The notes beneath the pieces are model-generated. The model was not told the origin of the DNA and ran no database searches. It saw only the letters and a program-made list of their open reading frames with translations. Source: Candidatus Eiseniibacteriota bacterium (GTDB taxonomy: Bacteria > Eisenbacteria > RBG-16-71-46 > DASYSL01). Taken from it: DNA of 28,869 nt. Where the stretch lies: positions 1-28,869 of the forward strand of contig JANPEF010000159.1 of the NCBI GenBank assembly GCA_031431875.1. The letters are read 5' to 3'. A program made the position numbers and the translations under genes. This document shows, one piece after another, positions 1 to 9,131 of this stretch (position 1 is its first letter; every line of letters begins with the position of its first letter).

Positions 1-376
1 TGCGCTCGTGCGCAAACACGCCGCCGTCCCCGAACGGCGAGAGCTGCAACAGCCCGAAGAACCCGCGGCGCACGAGAAGCTGGCCGCGGTGGGTGAACAC
101 CTGCTCGTAGGCGTAGAACGCGGGCGCGGCATCGCGCGCGAGCGCTCCCGCCGCGCGCCACGCGGCGAGCGTGCGACCGGCAACGGCGTAGCGGCTGCCC
201 TCGCCCGCGGCGGGGTCGTCCTGCGGCAGGATCAGGTGCACGGGGTTGTGGTCACCCGCCGCGAGCCGCGTGCGCTCGGCGGGCGCGATCACGTCGTAGG
301 GCGGCGACAGGCGTTCGGCGATGGCAGCGGCTGGGCCGGCGGGACGCACGGCACGGAACGGCAGGACGACGGGCAT
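1..376 (-). CDS. DUF1015 family protein (N-terminal part; runs off the left edge)
   Basis: Not in the ORF track; read by hand from ATG at 376: MPVVLPFRAVRPAG...LSPPYDVI...HNPVHLILP...FYAYEQVF...RRGFFGLL...VFAHER. The PF-R, PPYDVI and HE motifs are typical of DUF1015. Confidence 0.85.
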   Translation of the reverse strand, partial: MPVVLPFRAVRPAGPAAAIAERLSPPYDVIAPAERTRLAAGDHNPVHLILPQDDPAAGEGSRYAVAGRTLAAWRAAGALARDAAPAFYAYEQVFTHRGQLLVRRGFFGLLQLSPFGDGGVFAHER

Positions 377-412
377 GGGCCGCAGGATGCCCGGTTCACG
401 CGGTCCTTGCAA
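377..412 (-). promoter_or_regulatory. Putative sigma70-type leaderless promoter for the DUF1015 gene
   Basis: Minus strand: TTGCAA (412-407), 17 nt, CATCCT (389-384), 7 nt, ATG (376); no SD sequence. Confidence 0.55.
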
Positions 413-440
413 GTCCGGGACGCCGCTTCGCACGGGGCGC

Positions 441-469
441 TGGCGATCGTCCCTGTCCCGCGGTAGGAT
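441..469 (+). promoter_or_regulatory. Putative promoter for dinB-uup
   Basis: TGGCGA (441-446), 17 nt, TAGGAT (464-469); SD GAGGAG at 532-537 ahead of ATG 544. Confidence 0.4.
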
Positions 470-543
470 CGCACCGCTCGTCCCCCACCTGCGCCTTCGC
501 GCGGCCCACCACGCGTCCGGCACATGCCGGCGAGGAGTCGATC

Positions 544-1059
544 ATGAACAGGGAATCCATCACCCGAAGCTGGGACTACGTTCGCCAGGTGCAGGGCGTC
601 GGCCTGCGCGCGGTCGCCGCGTTGCCCGAGGCAGCGCTCGACACGCACCCGATCCCGAACATGCGCACGCCGAAGGAACTCGCCGTCCACCTGTTCTCCT
701 GCCTGAACGAGTTCCCACGGGCCGTCCGCGACGGCAGGGTCGGGGACTACGACGGCACCACGGTCGCCTCCAGCCTCCCGTCGAAGGCCGATCTCCTCGC
801 CTGGTGCCGCCGCCAGTGGGAAGAAGGAACTGCCATCGTCCAGACGCTGACCGACGCGCAGATCGCCGGCGTGGTGAAGACACCGTGGGGAAGTGACTTC
901 CCGGGCTTCGTCATGATGCAGATCGCCGAGGACGAGTTCTGGCACCATCGCGGCCAGCTCTACACCTACCTGCGCGCCCTCGGCGTCGAGCCGCCGATGC
1001 TCTACGACTACGAGAACAACGAGGCTGCATTCCAGCCGAAGGCGACCACGAAGGCCTGA
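544..1059 (+). CDS. DinB/YfiT-like four-helix-bundle protein
   Basis: 171 aa; P..NMRTPKELAVHL and C-terminal HHRGQLYTYLRALGVEPP are DinB-family signatures; good SD. Confidence 0.85.
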   Translation: MNRESITRSWDYVRQVQGVGLRAVAALPEAALDTHPIPNMRTPKELAVHLFSCLNEFPRAVRDGRVGDYDGTTVASSLPSKADLLAWCRRQWEEGTAIVQTLTDAQIAGVVKTPWGSDFPGFVMMQIAEDEFWHHRGQLYTYLRALGVEPPMLYDYENNEAAFQPKATTKA

Positions 1060-1085
1060 GTCGCGTCGGTCCGACCGAAGCACCG

Positions 1086-1120
1086 GGGCGCCTTCCGGAA
1101 TCCGGGAGGCGCCCTCCTCT
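1086..1120 (+). terminator. Stem-loop after dinB (terminator-like, weak U tract)
   Basis: GGGCGCCTTCCGG-AAT-CCGGGAGGCGCCC (13 bp stem, one G-U pair) followed by pyrimidine-rich TCCTCTTC. Confidence 0.5.
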
Positions 1121-1151
1121 TCCCCCCACCGCGCCATCGCGCAAGGACCCC

Positions 1152-2960
1152 ATGCCGCTGCTCAGCCTGCAGGACGTCAGCCTGACGTACGCCGGACCGC
1201 CGATCCTCGACGCGGTGCGCCTGTCGATCGACGACGGCGAGCGCCTGGGCCTGCTGGGCAGGAACGGCACCGGCAAGTCGACGCTGCTGCGCGTCGTCGA
1301 GGGCGCGCTCGCGCCCGACGCGGGCCTCGTCGTGCGGACGCCGAGCCTGCGCGTCGCGGCGCTGCCGCAGGACGTGCCGTTCGACCTCGCCGGCACCGTC
1401 GGCGCCTACCTGCACGCGGCCTGCGACGTCGCCGCCAGCGACGCCGGGTGGGAGATCGAGGCGCGCATCGACCAGGCCGCGAGCGACCTCGCGCTCGCGC
1501 TCGAGGCGGACCTGCCCACGCTGTCCGCCGGCTCGAAGCGCCGCGTGCTGCTCGCCGCCGCGCTGGTGAAGGACCCCGATCTCCTCATCCTCGACGAGCC
1601 GACGAACCACCTCGACCTGGCCGCGCTCGAGCACCTCGAGGAAGCCCTCGCCCGCCGTCGCGGCGCGCTGCTGTTCGTCACCCACGATCGCACCTTCCTG
1701 CGCCACCTGGCGACGCGCATCCTCGACCTCGATCGCGGCGTACTGCGTAGCTATCCGCTGGGCTACGACGCGTACGTCGCGAAGCGCGAGGACGAGCGCA
1801 TCGTCGAGGCCGGACAGGCGGCCCTGTTCGACAAGAAGCTGGCCGAGGAGGAGGCGTGGGTCCGCCGCGGCATCAAGGCGCGGCGCACGCGCAACGAGGG
1901 CCGTGTGCGCGCGCTCGAGGCGCTGCGCGGCGAGCGCGCGGCGCGCCGCGACGAGACCGGGCGCGTCGCGGCACAGCTCCAGGTCGCCGAGCGATCGGGC
2001 AAGGTGGTGCTGCGGGTCAAGGACATGTCGTTCGCGTACGACACGCAGCCGATCGTCGCCGGCCTCACGGTCACGCTCCAGCGCGGCGATCGCATCGGCA
2101 TCCTCGGACCGAACGGCAGCGGAAAGACGACGCTGCTGCGCCTGCTGCTCGGCGAACTCGTGCCGCAGTCGGGCACGGTGACTCCGGGCACGAAGCTCGA
2201 GGTGGCGCACTTCGCACAGCTCGCCGACGTGGCCGACGAAACGATGAGCCTGATCGATTGCGTGAGCGAGGGCCGGGAGACGATCCGCGTGGGCGAGATC
2301 GACCGCCATGTCGTCGGCTACCTGCGCGACTTCCTGTTCACCGCCGACCAGATCCGCGGCGCGGTGGCCAAGCTGTCGGGTGGTGAGAAGAAGCGGCTGC
2401 AACTGGCGCGGCTCCTGTCGCGCCCGGCAAACCTGCTCGTGCTCGACGAGCCGACCAATGACCTCGACCTCGAGACGCTCGAGCTGCTCGAGGAACTCCT
2501 GATCGAGTTCCACGGCACGCTGCTGGTCGTCTCGCACGACCGCGCCTTCCTCGACAACGTGGTGACGTCGACTCTCGTCGCCGAAGGCGATGGGCGATGG
2601 GGCGAGTACGTGGGTGGCTATGCGGATTGGTATCGGCAGACGCAGGCGCCGGCCCGGCCTGCGACTTCCAGGGCAGGCAACCGGGCCACTCCGACGACGA
2701 AGGCCGATCGCCCCCCCGCCGACGCTTCGCGTCGGGCGACGTTCAAGGAGCGGAAAGCGCTCGCGGACTTGCCCGCGAAGCTCGAGAAACTCGAGGCCGA
2801 GAAGGACGCGCTGTTCGAGCGGATGGGCTCCCCCGACTTCTACCGCTCGCCGGCCGGGGAGATCGCGCGGGCGAAGGAGCGGCTGGCCGCCCTCGACGAC
2901 GCGATCCACGAGACGTACTCGCGCTGGCAGGAGCTCGAGGCGATCGTCGGGAGCGGCTAG
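1152..2960 (+). CDS. uup: ABC-F family ATPase, Uup-like
   Basis: 602 aa; two ABC domains (GRNGTGKST/LSAG/LDEPTNHLD; GPNGSGKTT/LSGGE/LDEPTNDLD), linker EEAWVRRGIKARRTRNEGRVRAL characteristic of Uup, C-terminal coiled coil ending YSRWQELE; no TM segments. Confidence 0.9.
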   Translation: MPLLSLQDVSLTYAGPPILDAVRLSIDDGERLGLLGRNGTGKSTLLRVVEGALAPDAGLVVRTPSLRVAALPQDVPFDLAGTVGAYLHAACDVAASDAGWEIEARIDQAASDLALALEADLPTLSAGSKRRVLLAAALVKDPDLLILDEPTNHLDLAALEHLEEALARRRGALLFVTHDRTFLRHLATRILDLDRGVLRSYPLGYDAYVAKREDERIVEAGQAALFDKKLAEEEAWVRRGIKARRTRNEGRVRALEALRGERAARRDETGRVAAQLQVAERSGKVVLRVKDMSFAYDTQPIVAGLTVTLQRGDRIGILGPNGSGKTTLLRLLLGELVPQSGTVTPGTKLEVAHFAQLADVADETMSLIDCVSEGRETIRVGEIDRHVVGYLRDFLFTADQIRGAVAKLSGGEKKRLQLARLLSRPANLLVLDEPTNDLDLETLELLEELLIEFHGTLLVVSHDRAFLDNVVTSTLVAEGDGRWGEYVGGYADWYRQTQAPARPATSRAGNRATPTTKADRPPADASRRATFKERKALADLPAKLEKLEAEKDALFERMGSPDFYRSPAGEIARAKERLAALDDAIHETYSRWQELEAIVGSG

Positions 2961-3496
2961 GCGAGTCGCCGGATCGCGAGCGTCCCGGAGAGCACTTCGC
3001 CGCCGACCGTGAGGTAGAGCACCGAGTCCGCCACCGACAGCTCGAACGCGAGGCGCCGCTCGAGGTGCTCCACCAACGCGGCCACGAGGCCGCGATCGAA
3101 CGCGTACAACTCGACGTGCTCCGCGCGGTGGATCTTCGCGCCGGCGAGCGAGTCCCAGTAGCGCGCCGCGTCGGTGTGCGTGTACACGGCGACGCGTGGC
3201 GCCGCCTTGCTCGCGCGGTGCAGGCGCGCTGCGTCGGGCGTGCCGATCTCGATCCACGCCTCGAGCTTCCCCGTGAGGTCGCGCACTTCGAGCGCCGGCT
3301 GGTCGGGGTCGGACAGGCCCTTCGAGAACGCGAGACCCTCGCGCTGCTCGAGCGCGAATGCGAGCACGCGGGCGCACAGGAACTCCTCGGTCTCGGAGGG
3401 ATGGCGCGCGACGCGCAGCTCGATCGTCTCGTAGACGCTGCGATCGACGTGCGACAGGGCGATCGTGAAGTTGTGGACGGTCGCACCCTGGCTCAC
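2957..3496 (-). CDS. yaeQ: YaeQ family protein
   Basis: GTG start at 3496 overlaps the upstream stop; ATVH...VDRSVYE...VARHPSETEE, FSKGLSDPDQP and WIEIGTPD..RLHRASK are YaeQ motifs. Confidence 0.9.
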   Translation of the reverse strand: MSQGATVHNFTIALSHVDRSVYETIELRVARHPSETEEFLCARVLAFALEQREGLAFSKGLSDPDQPALEVRDLTGKLEAWIEIGTPDAARLHRASKAAPRVAVYTHTDAARYWDSLAGAKIHRAEHVELYAFDRGLVAALVEHLERRLAFELSVADSVLYLTVGGEVLSGTLAIRRLA

Positions 3497-4080
3497 GCGG
3501 CGCCGCCGCGGTCCGGGCCCGCATGCCGCGACGCCCACTCGGGAGCGAGCAGTCCCAGGAAGATCGAATCGCTGACCTCGCCCGCCACCTGCCAGCGCTG
3601 CCGCAGGAAGCCCTCGCGAGCGAAGCCCAGCCGCTCGAGCGACTTCACCGAGGCGAGGTTGCGCGGATCGACGTCGGCCTCGACCCGGTGGAGGCCGAGC
3701 GGACCGAAGCCCCAGTCGAGCAAAGCGGTCAGCGCCTCGTGCATGAGGCCCTTCCCCCACGCCTCGCGCGCCAGGATGTAGCCCATCTCGGCCCGGCGGT
3801 TCTGCGCGTCGATGGCGAACAGCGTGCAGCTGCCGATCATCGCGCCGCCCTCGCGCGGCACGAGCGCGAAGCGGACCGCCTCGCGCGCCGCAAACGCGGC
3901 CGCCCCGCGGGCGAGCATCGCATCGGCCTGCGCCGGCTCCGTCCACGGCGGCGCGCCCCAGTAGCGCATCGTCGCGGGGTCGGTGAACAGCGCGTACAGC
4001 GCGTCGATGTCGCCGTCGTGATGCATGCGGAGCAGGAGCCGTTCCGTCGCGAGTTCGGGAGGGAGCGTCGGGAAGGCCAT
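3493..4080 (-). CDS. GNAT N-acetyltransferase, RimJ/RimL family
   Basis: LATERLLLR, AEMGYIL, WGKGLMHEAL, NLASVKSLERLGFAREGFLRQ; ATG at 4080. Confidence 0.9.
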   Translation of the reverse strand: MAFPTLPPELATERLLLRMHHDGDIDALYALFTDPATMRYWGAPPWTEPAQADAMLARGAAAFAAREAVRFALVPREGGAMIGSCTLFAIDAQNRRAEMGYILAREAWGKGLMHEALTALLDWGFGPLGLHRVEADVDPRNLASVKSLERLGFAREGFLRQRWQVAGEVSDSIFLGLLAPEWASRHAGPDRGGAA

Positions 4081-4088
4081 CGCCGCGC

Positions 4089-4934
4089 TCAGCCCCGCGG
4101 CCTTGCGAGGGGCCCGTAGAACGCAGGCCGGCGATCGCGCATCAGGTCGTTGCGCGCCGTGAAGCGCTTGTTTCGCGCCCGCGCCAGGTCGAGGTCGGCG
4201 ACCAGCGCTCTCGGCGCACGCGCCCCCGCCGCCGCGAGCACGACGCCGTTGACGTCGACGATCTGGCTGCAACCCGTGAACGAGATCGTCCCGCCGGGCC
4301 GCACGTCGGCGCCGGCGCGATTCGCGGTCACGGCGTAGACGCGGTTCTCGAGCGCGCGCACACGCATCGCCTGCTGGGCGAACGCGGGCACCACGAGGTT
4401 CGACGGATGGGCGATCACGTCGGCGCCGGCAAGCGCCAGTACGCGCGCGATTTCGGGGAAGCGCCAGTCGTAGCAGACGAGCATCCCGACCCGTGCCGGG
4501 CCGACATGGGTGACGCGCGGCGCGCGGTCGCCGGGTGCGAACCACAGCTTCTCGGTGTCGAACAGGTGAAGCTTCCGGTAGACGTCCTTGACGCGGCCGT
4601 CGGGACCGATGAGCGCGGCGCTGTTGTAGACCTTCCCGCCCGGAGCGCGCTCGGGAAAGCCGACGATCGCGTGCGTGCGACTGGCCTTCGTCCAGGCGGC
4701 CAGGGCGGAGAGGCCTGGGGCGGCAGGATCGTCCGGCGCCTCGGCCAGCGCGCGTGCCTCGGCCCGCGACGCGAACGCGTAGCCGGAGAACGCCAACTCG
4801 GGGAACACGTAGAGGTCGGCCGCGGGCGTGACGCGCCCGGCGAGTGCGAGCGCGCGGCGCACGTTGCCGGCCACGTCGCCGAACACGGGCCGGGTCTGCA
4901 GCGCGGCGACGCGCAGGATCGGCGGGCGATTCAT
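4089..4934 (-). CDS. Carbon-nitrogen hydrolase (nitrilase superfamily)
   Basis: Catalytic triad motifs VFPEL, YRKLHL and VCYDWRFPE; RALENRVYAVTANR; ATGA overlap with the upstream gene. Confidence 0.9.
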   Translation of the reverse strand: MNRPPILRVAALQTRPVFGDVAGNVRRALALAGRVTPAADLYVFPELAFSGYAFASRAEARALAEAPDDPAAPGLSALAAWTKASRTHAIVGFPERAPGGKVYNSAALIGPDGRVKDVYRKLHLFDTEKLWFAPGDRAPRVTHVGPARVGMLVCYDWRFPEIARVLALAGADVIAHPSNLVVPAFAQQAMRVRALENRVYAVTANRAGADVRPGGTISFTGCSQIVDVNGVVLAAAGARAPRALVADLDLARARNKRFTARNDLMRDRRPAFYGPLARPRG

Positions 4935-5632
4935 GACCGCGCCTCCACGGCCGCCCGAAATCCCGCCGCGGCCGGGGCTTCGAGGAATGCATGAAGTGCC
5001 GCCTGCATCTCGGGCAGGCGCTCCACGAAGAAGTGGTCGGCACCCTCGATCAGGAACTTCGCCTTGGGCTCGGCCCAGGCGGGCCACGCGCTCTCGAGCT
5101 CGGCCAGCGGGCAGAGCTCGTCGTTGGTGCCCTGGACGACGCCCTTGGGCGTGTCGCACAGCGCCAGGTGCGAGAAGTCGCGCCGGCCCACGCCGGGGGC
5201 GACGGCCCACAGCAGGCGTACGCGCGGATCCGCGGGCCCGTGGTGGAGCACGATCGAGCCGCCGAAGGAGAACCCCGCCAGCGCCACCGGGACGCCCGGA
5301 TGCTGCGCCGCGAGCCAGTCGATCGCGGCGGCCGCGTCCTGCCGCTCGCCGTCGCCGTCGTCGTGCGTGCCGGGGCTCGCGCCGACGCCGCGGAAGTTGA
5401 AGCGCAGCGTGGCGAAGCCCGCCTGCTGGAACGCCTCGGCGGTGCGGAAGACGACCTTGTTGTGCATGGTGCCGCCGAACAGCGGATGGGGATGGCAGAT
5501 CACCGCGACCGCGCGGGGTGCGACGCCCTCGACGAAGTCGTACAGACCCTCGAGGGCGCCGATCGCCGACGCGATCTCGACGCGCCGGACGCGCGCTTCC
5601 GCGGGCCGGGCGACGGGGACGCCGGAACTCAC
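4931..5632 (-). CDS. Alpha/beta-fold hydrolase (COG2945-like)
   Basis: [25 protein letters not shown], nucleophile elbow GFSFGG, GADHFF; GTGA overlap with the typA stop. Confidence 0.88.
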   Translation of the reverse strand: MSSGVPVARPAEARVRRVEIASAIGALEGLYDFVEGVAPRAVAVICHPHPLFGGTMHNKVVFRTAEAFQQAGFATLRFNFRGVGASPGTHDDGDGERQDAAAAIDWLAAQHPGVPVALAGFSFGGSIVLHHGPADPRVRLLWAVAPGVGRRDFSHLALCDTPKGVVQGTNDELCPLAELESAWPAWAEPKAKFLIEGADHFFVERLPEMQAALHAFLEAPAAAGFRAAVEARS

Positions 5633-7500
5633 GTCCCCGCCTGCTCCACTTCGGCCGTGACGGTGGACTCGTAGCGCTTCCACTTGGGGCGCATGTTCGC
5701 CTGCAGGACGCGCTTGCGCACGCGGATCGAGACCGGCGTGACCTCGGCCAGCTCGTCCTCGCGGATCCACTCGAGCGTCTGCTCGAGCGACATGACCTTC
5801 GGCGGCACGAGCTGCAGCGCCTCCTCCGAGCCCGAGGCGCGCATGTTCGACAGCTTCTTCTCCTTCGTCACGTTGACGTCCATGTCGTCCTGGCGCGCGT
5901 TCTCGCCGACGACCATGCCCTCGTACACCACGTCCGTCGGGTGGACGAAGATCACGCCGCGCTCCTGCAGGTTCTCGATCGCGTGGCCGGTGGCCTTCCC
6001 GGTGCGGTCCGCGACCAGCGCTCCGGTCTGGCGGTGCGGGATATCGCCGACCCACGGCCGGTAGCCCGAGAAGATGTGGTGCAGGAGGCCGGTGCCGCGC
6101 GTGTCGGTGAGAAACTCGTTGCGGAAGCCGATCAGGCCGCGCGCCGGCACGTCGAACTCGATGCGCACGCGCCCGGTGCCGTGGTTCACCATCTTGGTCA
6201 TGCGGCCCTTGCGCGGCGCCAGCTTCTGCGTCACGACGCCCAGGTGCTCCTCGGGGCAGTCGACGACCAGGTGCTCGTACGGCTCGTGGACCTTGTCGTC
6301 GATCTTCTTGGTGATCGTCGTCGGCTTGCCGACCGACAACTCGAAGCCCTCGCGGCGCATCATCTCGATCAGGATCGCCAGCTGCAGCTCGCCGCGACCC
6401 GAGACCTTGAACGCGTCGGGCGTCTCGGTGTCCTCGACGCGGATTCCGACGTTGGTCAGCAACTCCTTCTCGAGGCGCTCGCGGATCGAGCGCGAGGTCA
6501 CGTACTTGCCCTCGCGGCCGGCGAACGGCGAGTTGTTGATGCTGAAGATCATCGACACGGTCGGCTCGTCGATGGCCACGACCGCGAGCGCGATCGGGTT
6601 CTCGGGATCGGCCAGCGTGTCGCCGATCGAGACGCCGTCGACGCCCGCGAGCGCGATGATGTCGCCGGGACCCGCCGACTCGGCTGCCACGCGCTTCAAG
6701 CCCTCGAACGTGTAGAGCTGGGTGATCTTGTGCGTCTTGCCCACGGCGGCCGGCGTGCAGGCGGTGACCCGGTCGTTGACCGAGATCGTGCCGTTGGTGA
6801 TGCGGCCGATCAGCAAGCGGCCGACGAAGTCGTCGTAGCCCAGGTTGTTGACCGCGAACTGGAAGCCGTGACCGGGCTCGTGGCGCGGGGCGGGCATGTG
6901 CTCGACGATCGCCTCGAACAGCGGCTTCAGGGTCTCGTCCTCGCCTTCGGCGGTGCGGCGGCAGGTGCCGGCGCGCGCATTCGTGTAGAGCACCGGGAAG
7001 TCGAGCTGGTCCTCGTGCGCGTCGAGGTCGATGAACAGGTCGTAGATCTCGTTCAGCACCTCGGCCGGGCGCGCGTCCTTGCGGTCGATCTTGTTGATGA
7101 CGACGATCGGCTTGAGGTTGAGCTCGAGCGCCTTCTGCAGCACGAAGCGCGTCTGCGGCAGCGGACCCTCGGACGCGTCGACGAGCAGCAGCACGCCGTC
7201 GACGAGCTGCAGCGTGCGCTCGACCTCGCCGCCGAAGTCAGCGTGGCCCGGCGTGTCGACGATGTTGATCTTGGTGTCGCCGAAGTGCACCGACGTGTTC
7301 TTGGCGAGGATCGTGATCCCCTTCTCGCGCTCGAGGTCGTTCGAGTCCATCACCCGCTCCACGATGTGCTCGTGGGCGCGGAACGTGCCCGCCTGGAAGA
7401 GCAGGGCGTCGACCAGCGTGGTCTTGCCATGGTCGACGTGGGCGATGATGGCGATGTTGCGCAGGTCGGAACGAACGGCGGCGGCAGCCGGAGACGACAC
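5629..7500 (-). CDS. typA: Translational GTPase TypA/BipA
   Basis: [69 protein letters not shown] before GTG 7500. Confidence 0.97.
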   Translation of the reverse strand: MSSPAAAAVRSDLRNIAIIAHVDHGKTTLVDALLFQAGTFRAHEHIVERVMDSNDLEREKGITILAKNTSVHFGDTKINIVDTPGHADFGGEVERTLQLVDGVLLLVDASEGPLPQTRFVLQKALELNLKPIVVINKIDRKDARPAEVLNEIYDLFIDLDAHEDQLDFPVLYTNARAGTCRRTAEGEDETLKPLFEAIVEHMPAPRHEPGHGFQFAVNNLGYDDFVGRLLIGRITNGTISVNDRVTACTPAAVGKTHKITQLYTFEGLKRVAAESAGPGDIIALAGVDGVSIGDTLADPENPIALAVVAIDEPTVSMIFSINNSPFAGREGKYVTSRSIRERLEKELLTNVGIRVEDTETPDAFKVSGRGELQLAILIEMMRREGFELSVGKPTTITKKIDDKVHEPYEHLVVDCPEEHLGVVTQKLAPRKGRMTKMVNHGTGRVRIEFDVPARGLIGFRNEFLTDTRGTGLLHHIFSGYRPWVGDIPHRQTGALVADRTGKATGHAIENLQERGVIFVHPTDVVYEGMVVGENARQDDMDVNVTKEKKLSNMRASGSEEALQLVPPKVMSLEQTLEWIREDELAEVTPVSIRVRKRVLQANMRPKWKRYESTVTAEVEQAGT

Positions 7501-7593
7501 GAATACTCCTCCTCGCGGGGGTCGGAAACAGGCGCTCAGATCGACGGGATTGCGGCGAAACGAACGGGCCGGACGGGGCCGGTGGGCACGGGG

Positions 7594-7645
7594 AGAATGC
7601 CCCAAAACGAGAAGTTTTGCAAGGGGTTGCGCCCCCTGCTACACT
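7594..7645. promoter_or_regulatory. Divergent promoter pair sharing the palindromic -35 TTGCAA
   Basis: Plus: TTGCAA (7617-7622), 17 nt, TACACT (7640-7645, with extended TG). Minus: the same TTGCAA, 17 nt, CATTCT (7599-7594) pointing to typA. Confidence 0.6.
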
Positions 7646-7718
7646 CCCGCCCGCGCGTCGGCACGGGGGGGCGACGCGCTGCGTCCCACGCCTCGACCCG
7701 GCGGTCGATGGAGGATCC

Positions 7719-8246
7719 GTGCAGAATCCGCATCCGTTGCTGGTTCATTTTCCGATCGCGTTCCTCATTGCCTTCGCCGTCTCCGCCCTGCTTCTGCTCG
7801 TCCTGCCCCATCCCGGCCTCGATCGCTTCGCCCGCGCCAGCCTGTTCGTCGGCACCGCCGCCGCCGCCCTGGCCGTCGTCTCCGGGTTCTTCGCCGAGCA
7901 GACGGTCGCCCCCGTACGGGTCGCCGCCGAGACCATCGGCACACATCGATTCCTCGCCTACGGCACGCTGCTCGTCGCCGCTGCGCTCACCGGGCTGGCC
8001 GTGATCGCCCCGCGCCACCCCGCGCGGGCCGGTCGCTTCCGCGCAGCGCAGGGCGCGGGCGCGCTCGCCTTGCTCGTGCTCGTGGTGATGACCGGGCGCG
8101 AGGGCGGCGAGCTGGTGCACGAGTTCGGCGTCGGCACGGCGCTGACCGCGCCCGGCGGCTCCTCGCACGACGTGGGCGCGCCGAGGCGCGGGGCTCCGCC
8201 GGCGACGAACGATGCTCCGGCGCCCTCGGGCAAGGACTTCCGGTGA
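7719..8246 (+). CDS. DUF2231-family membrane protein
   Basis: HPLLVHFPIA N-terminal motif, about 4 hydrophobic helices, conserved H (THR) and GREGGELVHEFGVG; SD GGAGG before GTG 7719. Confidence 0.8.
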   Translation: MQNPHPLLVHFPIAFLIAFAVSALLLLVLPHPGLDRFARASLFVGTAAAALAVVSGFFAEQTVAPVRVAAETIGTHRFLAYGTLLVAAALTGLAVIAPRHPARAGRFRAAQGAGALALLVLVVMTGREGGELVHEFGVGTALTAPGGSSHDVGAPRRGAPPATNDAPAPSGKDFR

Positions 8247-9106
8247 GCATCGTGTCCACCCCGCTGCGTCCCGGACGCGATGTCACCGTCAATCGCATGG
8301 CCGTCCGCCCCGGCGGCATCCGCGAATCCGAGGATCGCGTCGCCGCCGAGGAGCCGCTCGAGATCCGGGTCGGCGGCCGTCCGCTGGCCGTGCTCATGCG
8401 CACGCCCGGCGACGACGAGGCGCTCGCCGCCGGGTTCCTGCTGACCGAGGGCCTGATCCGCGGCCCCGAGGACCTCGAGCGCATCGCCCACTGCACCGAC
8501 GTCCCGCCCGAGGCGATGACGAACGTGATCGACGTCACGCTCGCCGCCGGCGTGCCTGATCCGCTCGAGAAAGGCCGTCGCGCGTTCTACGCCTCATCGT
8601 CGTGCGGCATCTGCGGCAAGGCGTCGATCGAGGAGGTGCGACTGCAGGCCGCGCCATTGCCGCTCGGGCTCACCATCGCGCCCGACGCGCTGCCCCGCCT
8701 CGTGCCCGCGCTGCGCACGGCGCAGGTCACGTTCGAGCGCACCGGCGGGTTGCACGCCGCCGGGCTTTTCCGCTTCGACGGCACGCTCATCGCGACCGCC
8801 GAGGACGTCGGCCGGCACAACACGGTTGACAAGATCGTCGGCGGCCGCCTGCTGCTCGGCGAATCGTCGCTGGCCGAGCGCCTGCTGCTGGTCTCGGGCC
8901 GCGTCGGCTTCGAGATCGTGCAGAAGGCGTGGCTCGCCGGCATCCCCGCGGTCGCGGCGGTATCGGCGCCGACCAGCCTCGCGGTCGAGCTGGCGCAAAC
9001 CGCGGGCATGACGCTGGTCGGCTTCCTGCGCGGCGAGGATTACAACGTGTATGCCGGCCCCGAACGACTCGGCCTGGGGGCGATGGGCCGGGGCGCTTCC
9101 CACTGA
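8243..9106 (+). CDS. fdhD: Formate dehydrogenase accessory sulfurtransferase FdhD
   Basis: EEPLEIR, MRTPGDDEALAAGFLLTEG, SSCGICGK, TGGLHAA, EDVGRHNTVDK, SGR, SAPTSLAV; GTGA overlap with the DUF2231 stop. Confidence 0.93.
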   Translation: MSIVSTPLRPGRDVTVNRMAVRPGGIRESEDRVAAEEPLEIRVGGRPLAVLMRTPGDDEALAAGFLLTEGLIRGPEDLERIAHCTDVPPEAMTNVIDVTLAAGVPDPLEKGRRAFYASSSCGICGKASIEEVRLQAAPLPLGLTIAPDALPRLVPALRTAQVTFERTGGLHAAGLFRFDGTLIATAEDVGRHNTVDKIVGGRLLLGESSLAERLLLVSGRVGFEIVQKAWLAGIPAVAAVSAPTSLAVELAQTAGMTLVGFLRGEDYNVYAGPERLGLGAMGRGASH

Positions 9107-9131
9107 TCCGCCCCCCGGAGGTCCTCGTTCC

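Noticed and set aside
1060..1151. Possible attenuator or leader peptide upstream of the ABC-F gene, as in antibiotic-resistance ABC-Fs
   Set aside because: The protein is Uup-like, and I saw no uORF with an SD or convincing antiterminator. A plain terminator hairpin explains the region.
1008..3524. 838-aa minus-strand ORF and the many other long overlapping ORFs (e.g. 5518-8004, 24778-26421, 15721-17397)
   Set aside because: These are antisense or off-frame shadows of real genes. They are Arg/Ala/Gly-rich, lack motifs, and are expected in high-GC DNA where stop codons are rare.
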